DNA of 63,951 nt, the filler included, from Octopus bimaculoides (taxonomy: Eukaryota): NCBI RefSeq assembly GCF_001194135.2. It is 7 parts of 7 records of this genome, joined end to end, with 100 filler letters (N's around TTAATTAATTAA, not from the genome) between each part and the next. Parts side by side here need not be neighbours in the genome. Positions count along the whole stretch, not along the records: positions 39,262 to 57,337 come from NC_068983.1; positions 57,438 to 60,583 come from NC_068987.1; positions 60,684 to 63,951 come from NC_068998.1; 4 more parts are not named here. The stretch is one strand, 5' to 3'. The notes beneath the pieces are model-generated. The model was given only the letters and a program-made list of their open reading frames with translations, was not told where the DNA came from and did no database searches. Below are positions 49,940 to 63,883 of the stretch, one piece after another. Position 1 is the first letter of the stretch; every line of letters begins with the position of its first letter. A program made the translations under genes and the position numbers.

Positions 49940-52480
49940 CTCAGTAGCAAAACCAAAATCCCCTTCCTGATTGACCTTGTGGCATGCGCTCAAGTAACGC
50001 ACCTAAAACCTGACATCGCAGATGCAGAAAGTAAGTTATATTGCAAACCGGCAGAAAAGACATGTGTCATGGTGGAGTTGAAACGTACATCCGTGGAGAT
50101 TTCCCGTCTCAGGTTCGTTTGTTATTCTCAAACTCGGTGTCTGACACACTAACTGTACGAGACAAGTTATATGCATGTACAAGACAAATTATATGCATTG
50201 TTTATCGCCCTCCCCAAATGCTCTAAGCCACATGGATCTATTTGACGACTGACTGAAAAAACTGTAGAAATCTTAATCAAATTCGAACAATGCATTACTG
50301 TACTTCTCATGGGAAACGTAAGCCTGTTCAACGAAGGATGACTTGTGGGCCTTTCGTGTTAGGAACGACGTGGTGCCAACAGAAACAGGCGGAATCCCTG
50401 TTCAACCTCACCAATACGTTATAATGGAGAACGTAGTATAATGGAGAACTAGCGCAAACAGTATACTTGATATCTGCTTCACCATGCAATATACTTAATA
50501 TCTGCAAACAATATACTTGATATGTGGATCTCATCTATAATGTAAAATTGACCCCATCATTAGACTCATGTCACAATTCAATACAGTTAACAATGTATGG
50601 ACCTAAGGAATCCGCTGACATTCAGCCTATGATAATCAGCCAAAATCTATCCAATCTGAACTTCTAAACCAGACTGAAATCGATTGTGAATGAGGTAGAT
50701 AATCAAACAGGATTGGCTTCAATGTCTCTCCACACCTGATGTTGACACGAAGCGAAAGGAATTCATGTCCATAATCCAGCCATATGCTACAAGTTCGTCA
50801 CAGAGGTAGGTCACTGTACATTAGAGTAAAATTCCAAGGGAGAGGAAAGTTCTTACAAGTCAACGTATACAGATTGCAAACCACCTAAGCAGAGAACTCA
50901 ATAACGGAAAAACTCCTTTCTCAAAATAACACTGCGGAAGATTGAGGAAAAATCTGAAACGCTCCCATGAAGAACAGATAGCAGACATAGAAACCTGTTT
51001 CCGTGTGTTGCTGGTTAGGGTCACGTCCCATCCCTAATGCAGGACGCGAAGCAGATGGTAAAATCTACAGGCCTATCTCTCTGACCTCACACATCAGCAG
51101 TCTTTGAACGAATAATCCGAAAGAATCTAAACGGGGTCCTTCAACAAAACGACTTGCTGATTGACTCCCAGCACGGTTTTCTACCAGGTAGGAGCTGCAT
51201 GACACTCTTATAGCAATACGATAGAGTGATAAAGAAGCTGCTTGACGACTAAAAATGTGGACGTGATCTATCTCCATTCGAAAACATCCTTCGATGAAGT
51301 CGACTATGGTATGATATGTCACAAGCTGCGTGTCCACGACATAATCGGGAACCTTGGAGAGTGGTTACACGACTTTCTAAAATATAGAAATCAGATAGTA
51401 GTAGCTAACGGAGTTACCTCCAAAGAAAGGCAAATAATGAGTGGTCACGCACAGGGTACTGTCATAGTGGCCCTTTTAGACATATCCTCAGTTGCGCATG
51501 TTCCTATGCAGATGATAAGAGACGACTTTCAGTGGATACAGAACGTTGGAGATGCTGCGCGTCTGAAACAGAAATTGGAGGCAATATACAGGTGTGCCGA
51601 AGACAATAACATGCAGCTTAATCCTGAAAGATTCCAATCCCTGCTCTCCCAGCACATGATGCTGAATGAAATGCAGACCTGATACAATGGCCAAAGAAGA
51701 ATTGTAAGCCCTGAATCAAAATAAGTGTGTGACCTAGACATTGGCAAGAGTAATGATGCATTCCAAGTGCCTATTACTGAGTTGGTGATAAAATTCAGGT
51801 GCCTGGCCGGATGGATCCTTAGAATTTTCTGCACGGGAAAAAATGAAACCATGATGGTCCTCTCGAGGACATTTGTCCTAAGTCGTCTAAGCTGCTGCTC
51901 CTGACTACGGTTACCACAGAGTGTAAAATTAAAGACGGAATCCGAAGCAACCCAGCGAAGTTAAACAAATATCATCTCAATGCAACATGTCAGCTATGGA
52001 GAAGATTGAAAAGTTAAGACACTTTTCCCTAAAACGAAGGTGGGAAATATATGCAGTGATATGCATCTGGAAAATTCTGGAAGGATTTGACATTGAAAGT
52101 TACGCAAGCAGCAGAACTGGGCGGTACTGCATAGCGCTAAAGAACCTAACACTACCATGAGGACACAGGACCAGATACTGCAACAGTTTGGCTTTCAAGC
52201 ACCCAAATCTCTTCAATATCTTCTCTAAAACCCTGAGAGACTTACATGGGATGTATGTAGGTGTTTTCAAAACAAAACATGTTCTGCTACTGTCAAGAGT
52301 TCTGGATGAACTTACCTCGAGGCAGGAAACTAGATGAGGGCAGCAACATCTGACTCTCTCATTCACCAAATTGTATATATCAGAGAAAGTTTGAAGTTTT
52401 GAGAGTTTAGCAAAGTTAACGGAGCTGCCCCAGTATGTCCGCAACTCCCGAGCCCAAATTACGAACAGAATAAATGAAGA
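49940..52480 (+). pseudogene. Decayed CR1-like LINE ORF2 (APE endonuclease plus RT) with 3' end
   Basis: THLKPDIADAE, GGVETYIR, IVYRPP; SQHGFLPGRSC (51166-51198); VDVIYL...FDEVD; SGHAQGTV; YADD (51505-51516); many stops and deletions. Confidence 0.85.
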
Positions 52481-52633
52481 AAATGCGAGTCTCGCTTTAT
52501 TCTGGATGTTAAAATTAACACTGTCTTGAAACGATATCCTATAGCGTTGTATTAGAATTATTTGTAGAGCTCAGTAATCTTTTTCTCGTAAACGTGTGCA
52601 TGTGTGTGTTTTTATACACTGCATACGTACAAG

Positions 52634-52681
<48 letters not shown>

Positions 52682-53340
52682 ACACACGCCTGCACATATA
52701 CATAATGGATGCAATACATCTATCGAAAATACTGTATTCAACTGAATATTAGCTGAAAGCATATTTCTGGAAAGGCGAAGTTCTCTATAGAGAATTTAAT
52801 GTAGAATTTAGTCGTCATCACGTATGCTGAACGTCATAGTCACAGGGGACTTATGTCAATTCTTTTTGTTCAAAATTAAAACTGAAGAGCAGAGTTAATC
52901 AGAGGCGAACCAATTATGAGATTCATTCTAGTTTTAAAATATAACGTTTCTAGGATATCATTATACAATGCCTTCTACATTTTCTAAGATTGTGGACTAT
53001 GGAGCTGTTCCATTGTCGATGAGAAAATTCTCTCTTGTTCAGAAATAATCTTTTATTAGGAGTTATATAATTTTGCATAACAAAATTCAAATGTTTACTA
53101 TATCTCTGTCCTCAGCAATCCTCCACATCGTTCCTGGTGTGACATTATGGTATCTAAAGCTAGGAGGTCCCTTGTTACAAATTCAGCAGATACCACAAAC
53201 ATTAAAACATTATTTTATTTGTGAACTCTACTGATTGTAAGGTCCTTGGCTGTAGTTTGTTCAAATTCTGTTTTGACGTCTTTTTCTTGAGTAAAATACT
53301 TCCTCTTTCGTTGCTCTCTCTGACACCGGGCCACTTTGAT

Positions 53341-53450
53341 GGAGAGGGTGAGCTAATGTGAAACACAAGCATTTAATCAATGTAAACAAATTATTTGTGC
53401 AGGTCGCTCAGCACGAAATTGCAGAGCAACTTTCTCGGCTACAAGAGACT
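53341..53450 (+). mobile_element. Repeat F, copy 2, followed by (CAT)n
   Basis: Homologous to 8791-8907. Confidence 0.55.
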
Positions 53451-53458
53451 CCCCTTCC

Positions 53459-53497
<39 letters not shown>

Positions 53498-53504
53498 GTT
53501 ACGA

Positions 53505-53603
<99 letters not shown>

Positions 53604-54660
53604 TTTCTAACTAACAATAGCATTTTGTAAGACGCTATTAAAAATGCGAGCCGATAGGATTCCTAAAAAACACCAACGATTTCATTTCATATTTGAGTAC
53701 ATTCTTGCTCGGAAATTTTCTTGATGTCTCTTCGACCACTGCGGATGCTTTGTAGCTCTCTTGCTGTATCTGTGGGCATTGGTTGAGATAATTCAATAAA
53801 TTAAGAATTAACTCTAAAAGCAATATGCACGGGAGAAAAAAAAACATATTTTAGTCGAACTGTCATAAGCCAAGTATATATGAGTAATATACAAAACCAT
53901 TTTTATTAAATAACATTTTTTGTTTGTTTAGAGAAACGCAACAAGTAACTAATGGAAAATTTTAATTCATTAAGAATATTTTTAGTGTATCATTCAATAC
54001 ACTCATGCATATATAATTTAATTCATTTCTTGCCATTGGTAATTGCCATTGGTAATTGAGATATTTCTACTCGCTCAATAATTTTACTTACATGCGTATA
54101 ATAACACCTACGCACAATCCCCCCCCCCNNNNNNNNNNNNNNNNNNNNNNNNNNNNNNNNNNNNNNNNNNNNNNNNNNNNNNNNNNNNNNNNNNNNNNNN
54201 NNNNNNNGTATGACTTCAAGTTCCAGCCGAAGGCTTTTTCACTTAGTACATCTACGTATACTTGCTTGAATAAACCCTCTGGCGTAACTTGAATGTTCCT
54301 TCAAATTTCATGGTGTAATAAATTTAACTGTACTTGTTGTATGGCGTTCTGCAACCAAAAAATATTCTCTGAGTAATCTGAAAATTAAATGTATGGTTAT
54401 ATGGTTAACAAGTTCGCTTTGCAACTTCGTGGTTATGGGTTCAGTGACACTGGCACCGCCTTGGATTAGGGTGTACTAAACACGTGCCCGACTAATACCT
54501 CTTGAATGGAATCGGTTTTCGGTAACTCTTTGCAATACAGCTGGCAAGACATAAAACATGAAGGATATTCAATAATAGGCTTTTTACTTGATGCCCCTGA
54601 AAATCAATATTTTTCATCCGATTTCGTTCACGTTGGGAACATACGTCACTTATTTTCCAG

Positions 54661-54711
54661 ACATGGTCATAGACTCTCTTCAAATTTTCCACATAATGAG
54701 CAATACCGTCC
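54661..54711 (+). CDS. Candidate 51-nt exon (phase 2-2); an alternative acceptor at 54541 gives 171 nt
   Basis: Acceptor cacttattttccAG and donor GTAAGT; frame HGHRLSSNFPHNEQYR. Uncorroborated. Confidence 0.25.
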
Positions 54712-55908
54712 GTAAGTGAGGAAAACACCTTCTCATACATAACAAATACTAACGATCGTTGCTTCAAGGGAGATTACTCTTGATGACGTAGTTATGCTAC
54801 TTTCACTTCCTTTACTACAGTTTTTACAATGCCCATTCACTACAAACCGCTGATATTTGCACATTAGCACATCCCTATTGCCTACCACAATTGCGATCTC
54901 ATTTCATAGACTTTCATTTATTACTGACTACCAAGTTTGTGTTTATAAAACTTTATTCATTACCTAGGTTGTTTAATACCATACAATAAAATGCTAACGA
55001 AATTGGTAATTATACATTTTACATTTATCAATTTGAAACGACTGCTCTCTGCGGGCTAATTCAACTTAAACCGTCCAAAGGAGTGCGCCATTATAATAAA
55101 TTACATCGTCCAAAGGATGGGTGTGTTTGCTAGTAGAGTTATAAGAAGCAATGCAATTATGTTAAAAGCAATGAAGAATCACTACCTAAATACTTCCAAT
55201 ATATATATATACTTTTGCATTTTTAATACGGTTAGTATTTTAATATATATGTTTATGCATTTTTAATACAATTAGTATTTTGATATAAATATTACGTGCC
55301 AGCGTTACAACGGAGTGTTAAGTACCAGTCCCTACAGTCATCAGAGGTAGCTGATAAGGAATCCCATATCGGCTATATCTAATGAGCATAAGGTAATGTC
55401 ATTGGACTTTTACTTAAACACACTGTTGTACCCCTAGCGCGAAACGTGTTGGTAAGATCAGCCGCGATAGCTATATAATATTGTACACTTCAGATAGTAT
55501 ACCCACTCTATTGACATATATATGAATGCATCTTTTTCCTGACTCATGGACTTATAAATGACTTACCCACGCACACGCATACACATATCTATGCATTTGT
55601 AATACAGTTAATATTCTTATATATTTATGCATTTTTAATCCAGCTAGTATTTTAATATATAAATTAATAGCTTTTTAATATAATTAGTGTTCGTTACAAA
55701 CACAATAACATCGTAAATACCGGTTATCCTATCTAAGTTTATGGGTAGTAAAAAAATTGAGCCCATTTCCTTCTTATTATTGTCATTCTTTTCATGCAAA
55801 GCGAACATACAGTTACATAATTAGACATTGTTACATACAAAATGAAAGTGAAGTAAAACACCGACATCTAGGTATATAATGGCAATGTAATTTTAGCATT
55901 ACATCTAA

Positions 55909-56332
55909 GGCGGCGAGCTGGCAGAAACGTTAAAACCCGGGCTCAGTGGTATTTCGTCTGCCGTTACGTTCTGAGTTCAAATTCCGCCGAGGTCGACTTT
56001 GCCTTTCACCCTTTCGGGGTCGATAAATTAAGTACCTCTTACGCACTGGAGTCGATGTAATCGACTTAATCCCTTTGTTTGTCCTTGTTTGTCCCCTCTA
56101 TGTTTAGCCCCTTGTGGGCAATAAAGAAATAAGAAACGTTAGCACGCCGGGCGAAATGCTTAGGGGTATTTCGTCTGTCTTTATGCTCGGAGTTCAAATT
56201 CTGACGGGGTCGACTTTGCCTTTCATCCTTTCAGAGTCGATAAATTAAGTACCAGTTATGTACTGGCGTCGATCTAATCGACTGGCTCCCTCCCGCAAAA
56301 TTTCAAGCCTTGCACCTAGAGTAGAAAAGAAT
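55909..56332 (+). mobile_element. SINE family B, complete dimer
   Basis: Two monomers, each with B-box GAGTTCAAATTC and the GCCTTTCA(T/C)CCTTTC domain, joined by an atccctttgt...aaagaaataagaaacgttagc linker. Confidence 0.9.
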
Positions 56333-56384
56333 TTTAATAATACTGCTGTTAAAGCAATGGGCATGCATACACAAATATATTCCA

Positions 56385-56448
56385 CAAACTTTGTTTTCTC
56401 ATAACTTTGTTTTCTCATAACTTTGTTTTCTCATAACTTTGTTTTCTC
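56385..56448. repeat. 16-bp tandem repeat (ATAACTTTGTTTTCTC), about 4 copies
   Basis: Direct observation; no spacers. Confidence 0.93.
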
Positions 56449-57061
56449 AAAATGGCTGCTTTTTTCTTTATGAAATAGTCTACACATAAGTTTTGGTTTG
56501 TATAGAATCCAATTATATCGGATTTGCTCTGAAAATAATTTTCCAGATTGTAGGGAGAGCAGTTTCAGAAAATTCACACGTGTCTATTTTCTTTCCTCAT
56601 AACTTCCGAAAAAAAAAATGAGTATGTTAAAACTAACGTTTCTACAAAATACATTTTGTAGTGTGTAAATTACGATTATATCAGATACTCGTGTGAAAAG
56701 AAAAATAGTTAGCACGCAAACATACATACTGATACAAAACGTTTTGCAAAATGTCATGTTTCATTAAGTAGATATACAGAATGAGTGTCAGTATGTGTGT
56801 TTTTCGTACTAAATTCTGACGTTATCGTAATTCACACATATTCAAAGGTATTTATAGAAAATTCCATTGAAAAATACCATTTTTTCGAAAGTTATACGCA
56901 GAGGAAGTCGACTCATGTGAATTTCCTAAGAACACTTCACTACAGGACATTATTGCACATGCGCTACCGGAAGACCATTAGAAACGTATATTTTACATTA
57001 TATCGAAGAAATACAAACACACGCACACACACAAACACGCACACACACACACACACACACT

Positions 57062-57093
<32 letters not shown>

Positions 57094-57626
57094 ATATATA
57101 ATTGGAACAAAAACGCAATACAAGACAATAAAACATTCGGAAAGATAGGCGATTCAATGGCGGACAAGAGGAGCAACAATTAGGACAGGCGGCAAAAAAG
57201 ACGGGTCATTCGCGGCTTTCTTTCTCAGTCAAGTACCAGAAGTCACGACCATTTCGGGAAGTTACAATTGAGATTGTTCGATCTGGTTGCTCCCCAAAAT
57301 GTCAAAGCTGAGAGCATTAGGCCCCTTTGTGAGAAGGNNNNNNNNNNNNNNNNNNNNNNNNNNNNNNNNNNNNNNNNNNNNTTAATTAATTAANNNNNNN
57401 NNNNNNNNNNNNNNNNNNNNNNNNNNNNNNNNNNNNNCCCCCCAAGCTCTACTTTGTAATTTGTCCATTTTCTGTATTTAGCCCTATGTGGCTATAATAA
57501 AAAGATATCTATTTATCCATCTATCTATCTGTCTAACGGTTTGTCTATCTATCTATCTGTTTAGCTCTCTCTCTATCTATTTATCTATCTGTGTGTCTAT
57601 CTATCTATCTATCTATCTATCTATTT

Positions 57627-57736
57627 GCATGTTGAATCTCCCTGAGAACTACGTTAAGGGTACGCGTATCTTTGGAGTGCTCAGCCGTTGAGCAGGCTGT
57701 TCGGATCAACTGAAAAATCTTGCCGACGGATTGCCA
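57627..57736 (+). mobile_element. SINE-A 3' fragment with internal deletion
   Basis: gagaactacgttaagggtac...ggagtgctcagcc...gagcaggctgttc..ggatcaactg matches the reverse complement of 43780-43910. Confidence 0.75.
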
Positions 57737-58408
57737 GTTTTCAATGATAATTGATAATAAAAATATGGTTTAGGATAATGTAGATGTGTCCGACCAAAAG
57801 TTTGGCCCTGGCTATATCTAACATCGTAGCACCACTAAACAAGATCTGTTAAGCCATTTTAAAGAGATGTTTTTGGAGGATCGTAGCCCATTCTAGTCAG
57901 AGTTGAACCACTGAAGACGGCGTGAAATAACGTCAGATTTTGGTGGTTTATCTAGTATCCCTTGAAGAAATTTGTCCCGGTTTCGTTTGGAAGTGATGGG
58001 ATCTTTTCTTTCTGATTTGTTTTTGGATATTGTTAAATAGAGAGACTCGTACTCACATACACCAACACACAGAGAGAAAATAAAAATTAAAAAAAACAAA
58101 CAAAAAGCGAGATAGTTATAATTACTTTGGCTTCTATGAATGGTTGCTAAACTAAACTCAACTCAATTTCCTTTTGAATACAGTGAAATGTAAAAATGAA
58201 TATAAACAAAGTGCAATAATACCTACAATGCTAACAGATAGAAAATATAAGAAGCGGAAACAACAACAAAAACAACAACAACCGGTGCGAGAAAGAGAAT
58301 ATGGTTTATTAGAAACAAAGAGCAGAATTCAACAATAAAGACATAATTATACATATATGTATGTGTATGTGCGTGCGTGTGTGTGTGTGTGAATATTTAT
58401 ATTTCTGC

Positions 58409-58460
<52 letters not shown>

Positions 58461-59211
58461 NNNNNNNNNNNNNNNNNNNNNNNNNNNNNNNNNNNNNNNN
58501 NNNNNNNNNNNNNNNNNNNNNNNNNNNNNNNNNNNNNNNNNNNNNNNNNNNNNNNNNNNNNNNNNNNNNNNNNNNNNNNNNNNNNNNNNNNNNNNNNNNN
58601 NNNNNNNNNNNNNNNNNNNNNNNNNNNNNNNNNNNNNNNNNNNNNNNNNNNNNNNNNNNNNNNNNNNNNNNNNNNNNNNNNNNNNNNNNNNNNNNNNNNN
58701 NNNNNNNNNNNNNNNNNNNNNNNNNNNNNNNNNNNNNNNNNNNNNNNNNNNNNNNNNNNNNNNNNNNNNNNNNNNNNNNNNNNNNNNNNNNNNNNNNNNN
58801 NNNNNNNNNNNNNNNNNNNNNNNNNNNNNNNNNNNNNNNNNNNNNNNNNNNNNNNNNNNNNNNNNNNNNNNNNNNNNNNNNNNNNNNNNNNNNNNNNNNN
58901 NNNNNNNNNNNNNNNNNNNNNNNNNNNNNNNNNNNNNNNNNNNNNNNNNNNNNNNNNNNNNNNNNNNNNNNNNNNNNNNNNNNNNNNNNNNNNNNNNNNN
59001 NNNNNNNNNNNNNNNNNNNNNNNNNNNNNNNNNNNNNNNNNNNNNNNNNNNNNNNNNNNNNNNNNNNNNNNNNNNNNNNNNNNNNNNNNNNNNNNNNNNN
59101 NNNNNNNNNNNNNNNNNNNNNNNNNNNNNNNNNNNNNNNNNNNNNNNNNNNNNNNNNNNNNNNNNNNNNNNNNNNNNNNNNNNNNNNNNNNNNNNNNNNN
59201 NNGACTGAGTA

Positions 59212-59915
59212 AGTGAAAGAGAGAATTCGTTGCTAACAACTAATTTACAAGAAATACATAACTGAGTAAATAAATATACCAAGAACGAAAGAAAGAAGGA
59301 AAAAACCAAGAAAGAAGAAAAAAAGAAACAAAGGAACATAGAGAAAGAAAGAATTAAAGAAGAAAGAAGAAAATAAAAGAAAAACAAAAAAAAAGAAAGA
59401 AAGAAAGAGAAATTTTTAAAAAAACGGAAAGAAAGGAATGAATGAAAGAAATACAGAAAGGAAGAAAGAAATGAAAGAGAGAAAGAAAGAAAGAAAGACA
59501 GAAAGAAATAAAGAAAGAAAGAAAAGAAGAAGGTTCTTACTTTAGAAAGAGTGAAATAGCAGCAAAAACACAATTAAGCAAAGAATTTTCTTTTATGAAC
59601 GAGACCACGTGATGTTTGATTGAACTTTCTTCTCACATTCGCCGTCTTTATTTTATATTTTTCTAATTACACTCCACTTCATGCATTATGAAACACTCCC
59701 TATTACTCTCTTCTCTCTCTCTCTTCCTTTCTCCCACTCCTTATCTATCTATCTATCTATCTATCTATATATCTATCTATCTATCTATCTATCCATCTCT
59801 CTCTCTCTCTCACTCCCTCTTTCTTTCTCTTTCTCTCTCTCTATATATAGATATATACATAAATATATAAGTCAATATATCTACCTGTCTATCTATCCAT
59901 TTATCTATCTGTCTG

Positions 59916-59976
<61 letters not shown>

Positions 59977-60029
59977 TTCGCAATGTTTCACTCAAATACT
60001 TTCAAATTTTCGCACTTCCATGTCATTAT

Positions 60030-60085
<56 letters not shown>

Positions 60086-60550
60086 TTTCTCTCTCGCACG
60101 TTCCCTCATCGCCACCCACTCTCTCCTTTTCGTTTTCTCACTTTTTTCTCTACTTTCTACTTCACAATCTTGCTTCCTTCATCCTTCCTTTCCTTCCTTC
60201 CTCCCTGTACGGTTCATCGCTACGCAAAGACAATGTCGGATAATCGCAGAAAAATGTTAATAGAACTGAGCGTTAGGGGTTGAATGTCATAAGAAGACAA
60301 ACACACACACACATCTGCACATGCGAGCGCACATACACAAACTCACGCACACACACATACATACATACATACAATCAAACAAATAGATATATGGATGCGT
60401 ATGTAATTACATTTATATATCCACACACGTATTGATGTAGGCAAACATTATATATATATATAAGTACACTATACAATCACACACGCACCCGAGTGTGTAG
60501 AGGGGTGTATGTGTGTCATTGATTACCTACAAATTCCGATATAAACATAT

Positions 60551-60583
<33 letters not shown>

Positions 60584-61412
60584 NNNNNNNNNNNNNNNNN
60601 NNNNNNNNNNNNNNNNNNNNNNNNNNNTTAATTAATTAANNNNNNNNNNNNNNNNNNNNNNNNNNNNNNNNNNNNNNNNNNNNGATTGAAAGAGAAGTGA
60701 AAGAGAGAGAGAGAAATCAGAAAGAAGAGGAGTATGGTGATGGGGAGAGAGACGACGTGTATGAAGTGAGAGAGCAAGAGTAGAAGGAGAGTCGACACAG
60801 AGATGACGAGGAGGGAGATGAAAAAAGAGTCAGAGCAGGAGCAGGAGGAGGAAGAGAAGGAGTAAGAGGAGGAAGAGAAGGAGCAGGAGGAGGAAGACAA
60901 AGAGCAGGAGGAGGACGACGACGATACGACGACGATGACGACGAGATGTATCATACAAAATTTAAATACGTCGTTGAAAAGGAAATTTACTTCGAAATTG
61001 CTCCGGAGATAAAATCTCTTATGGACGTGTTTTGTTTAAAAACACGATATATTGGATGACGGACGATACAAAGAAAGGCTACTATAACTTAACACTGCCT
61101 CTGTTACATATAACGAGTTTTTATTCAGCCAGGCGGCTATTTGCAACATCAGTGAATGTTTATTCACTTGTAGCTGGCTGTGAATAGACGCTATTGACGA
61201 CGTTTAATGAAGCAGAAACGTCTCTGGCATTATCACCAGCGGCTGCTGTAATGATTTTCGTCTCTCTCTCCCAAATATATTGTGTTTTTTTAACACAACA
61301 CATCCAAAAGAGTTATTATCACCGGGAAGAATACCGCAGTAAAGTTGTCCTTCAACGATGTACCACACATAGATAACCATTTTGATCCACTACGGCTTCA
61401 GTTGCAGATAAC

Positions 61413-61478
<66 letters not shown>

Positions 61479-61664
61479 GTATATACATATATACATGTAT
61501 ATCTCAACGAACACAGACGCACAGAGGCGTATATGTATACCTATGTGCATTCTTATGCGTGCCTAAGTCTCTTCACTTCACCTCCACCTCTTCTTTATTC
61601 CTGCTTTTCTTTCTTTCCCTCAACTTTTACCTTCACACTCTCTTCTTGTCTCTCATTTCATTCC

Positions 61665-61734
<70 letters not shown>

Positions 61735-62315
61735 TCATATATTTGTACCCTTTCTTCACCCGCATTCCTTCCTTATTTGTCTTCCAGTTTTCCTCTCTGG
61801 GCCCTCCCTCACTCTTTCCCTTTTCCCTCTTCTCCTCCACCCTCTCCCCTCTTACCATTCTTACTTTAATTGCTTCATTGCTCACTATTCTCGTGTCATT
61901 AGAGTCACCACCTTCAATGACGTCCGTGCTACACCTTAATTCTTACTAATTTCTTGTTTATTCCTTTATACTCTTAGTCTCTTTCTCCTTTTATTGCTTT
62001 TTTTTCTTTCTCTATCACTCTCTCCCCTACCTCCAACTTTCACTTTCATTTTCGCCATTATTTAGTCATCTATTTATTTTTACTTTTATTTTGCTCTTTT
62101 GTTTTATTTTCTCTCTTTCTCTTTTCACTTTTATTCTTGTTTCCCTCTTTCTCATCGTCAAATCGTCTTAACATTCCTTTTTTTATATTTCGCCGCCTAC
62201 TTTACACTCCACTTCTTGAACTCGATCCCCTTATTCACCTTTATCTTAACAACTTCCCATTTCGATCTTTCCTAGTTACCTTCCTTCCTTCCTGTTTACA
62301 TCCCCCCTCTCTTTC

Positions 62316-62364
<49 letters not shown>

Positions 62365-62580
62365 CTCTCGCTCTTTCATGCCATTAAGTCTTTTTTCTCT
62401 TTGTTTTCGTTATTTTTATGTGCCTGTTTCACAATCTTTCATTTTTCGCTTTTTCCTTCTTTCTGTTTCTCCGTCTTTCATTTTACATTTCAGTAGTTCT
62501 TATTTTTTATTCTCTATTTTCTTTCACTCATTCTATCTTTCTCGTTCAATTGCCGTAACTCTTTCTGCCTTTCTCCCAGT

Positions 62581-62642
<62 letters not shown>

Positions 62643-62928
62643 GCTTTCTCTAGCCATCCATCTACATATGTATGCCATCTATCCAGTCATTAGAGTGTTT
62701 ATTTCTATCGTATAAATCTATCTATCCATCTATCTATAAATCAATTCACCTAGCTTTCTTTATACCTCTTTCTCACTCTCTCTCTCTCTTTCTCTCTCTC
62801 TCTATCTATCTATATATCTATCTGTCTATCCATCCATCAAACTGTCTATCTCTATCTGACCATCTCTCTCTTTCCCTCTCTGTTTGTCTACCTACATATC
62901 TGTCTAGACATTTACCTATCTATCTATC

Positions 62929-62959
<31 letters not shown>

Positions 62960-62978
62960 CTATCAATCAATCAGTTTA

Positions 62979-63013
<35 letters not shown>

Positions 63014-63488
63014 ATATATATATATATATATATATATAACTAAACGTGTTTCTATCAATATGTATATATATATAGAGAGAGAGAGAGCGAGAGAGAGAGA
63101 AAGGGAGAGAGAGATCACCTCCTTCTTTCCGTTGAACCCTGCTCCTTTCCCCCCACAGTCTTCCTGTTACGTACTCTTCGTCTCTATCTCCTCCTCTTCC
63201 GCTTATTCTGCGTTACGTACCTTTGTTTTTTCTAGTTCATTCGCATTGTCAACGCCTCTTTCATCTTCCGTAATTATCTTCCTATACGTGCACACACACA
63301 CACACATACATATGCACAAACACACACACAAACATACACACACATACTCACACATGAATATACATGTACATAGATGTATGTATATGGATAGGCAGATGGG
63401 GATATATACATATAAAAAACATAGTTATATACACATGCATATATATGTTCTGTCACACATTGTCTTTATTTTCCTCTCTCTCTGTTTT

Positions 63489-63539
<51 letters not shown>

Positions 63540-63546
63540 ATCTCTT

Positions 63547-63586
<40 letters not shown>

Positions 63587-63836
63587 AATATATATATATG
63601 TATATATATATGTGTGTGTGTGTGTATATATTCATGTGCATGAATGTGTGTGCGTGTATACATACATACATATATACATACATATATGTATGTTATACTT
63701 TTTCACTCATCCCATTTCTTTCTCATTTATATCCCGACATGCTTCCAAGACACTTCAGCTCCACCTTTTGGCTCTTCATCTATTCTTACCCATATCCACT
63801 TCGCCATTCCCCATCTCTTTTTTTCTACATTTCGGG

Positions 63837-63883
<47 letters not shown>

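Noticed and set aside
53640-53850. Protein-looking minus-strand frames (for example TARELQSIRSGRRDIKKISEQECTQI)
   Set aside because: Weak acceptor, no clear donor and no recognisable homology; cannot be supported from sequence alone.
55330-55455. Third hammerhead candidate (CTGATGA on minus; CTGATAAG/CTAATGAG and CGAAACGTGTT on plus)
   Set aside because: Core boxes cannot be joined with properly paired stems I and II on either strand.
56385-56448. CRISPR-like array
   Set aside because: Contiguous 16-bp tandem repeat without spacers in eukaryotic DNA; no cas genes.
56346-56720. Kolobok-like DNA transposon (TTAA-AGCAATG start)
   Set aside because: No matching right terminus or second TTAA found in the window.
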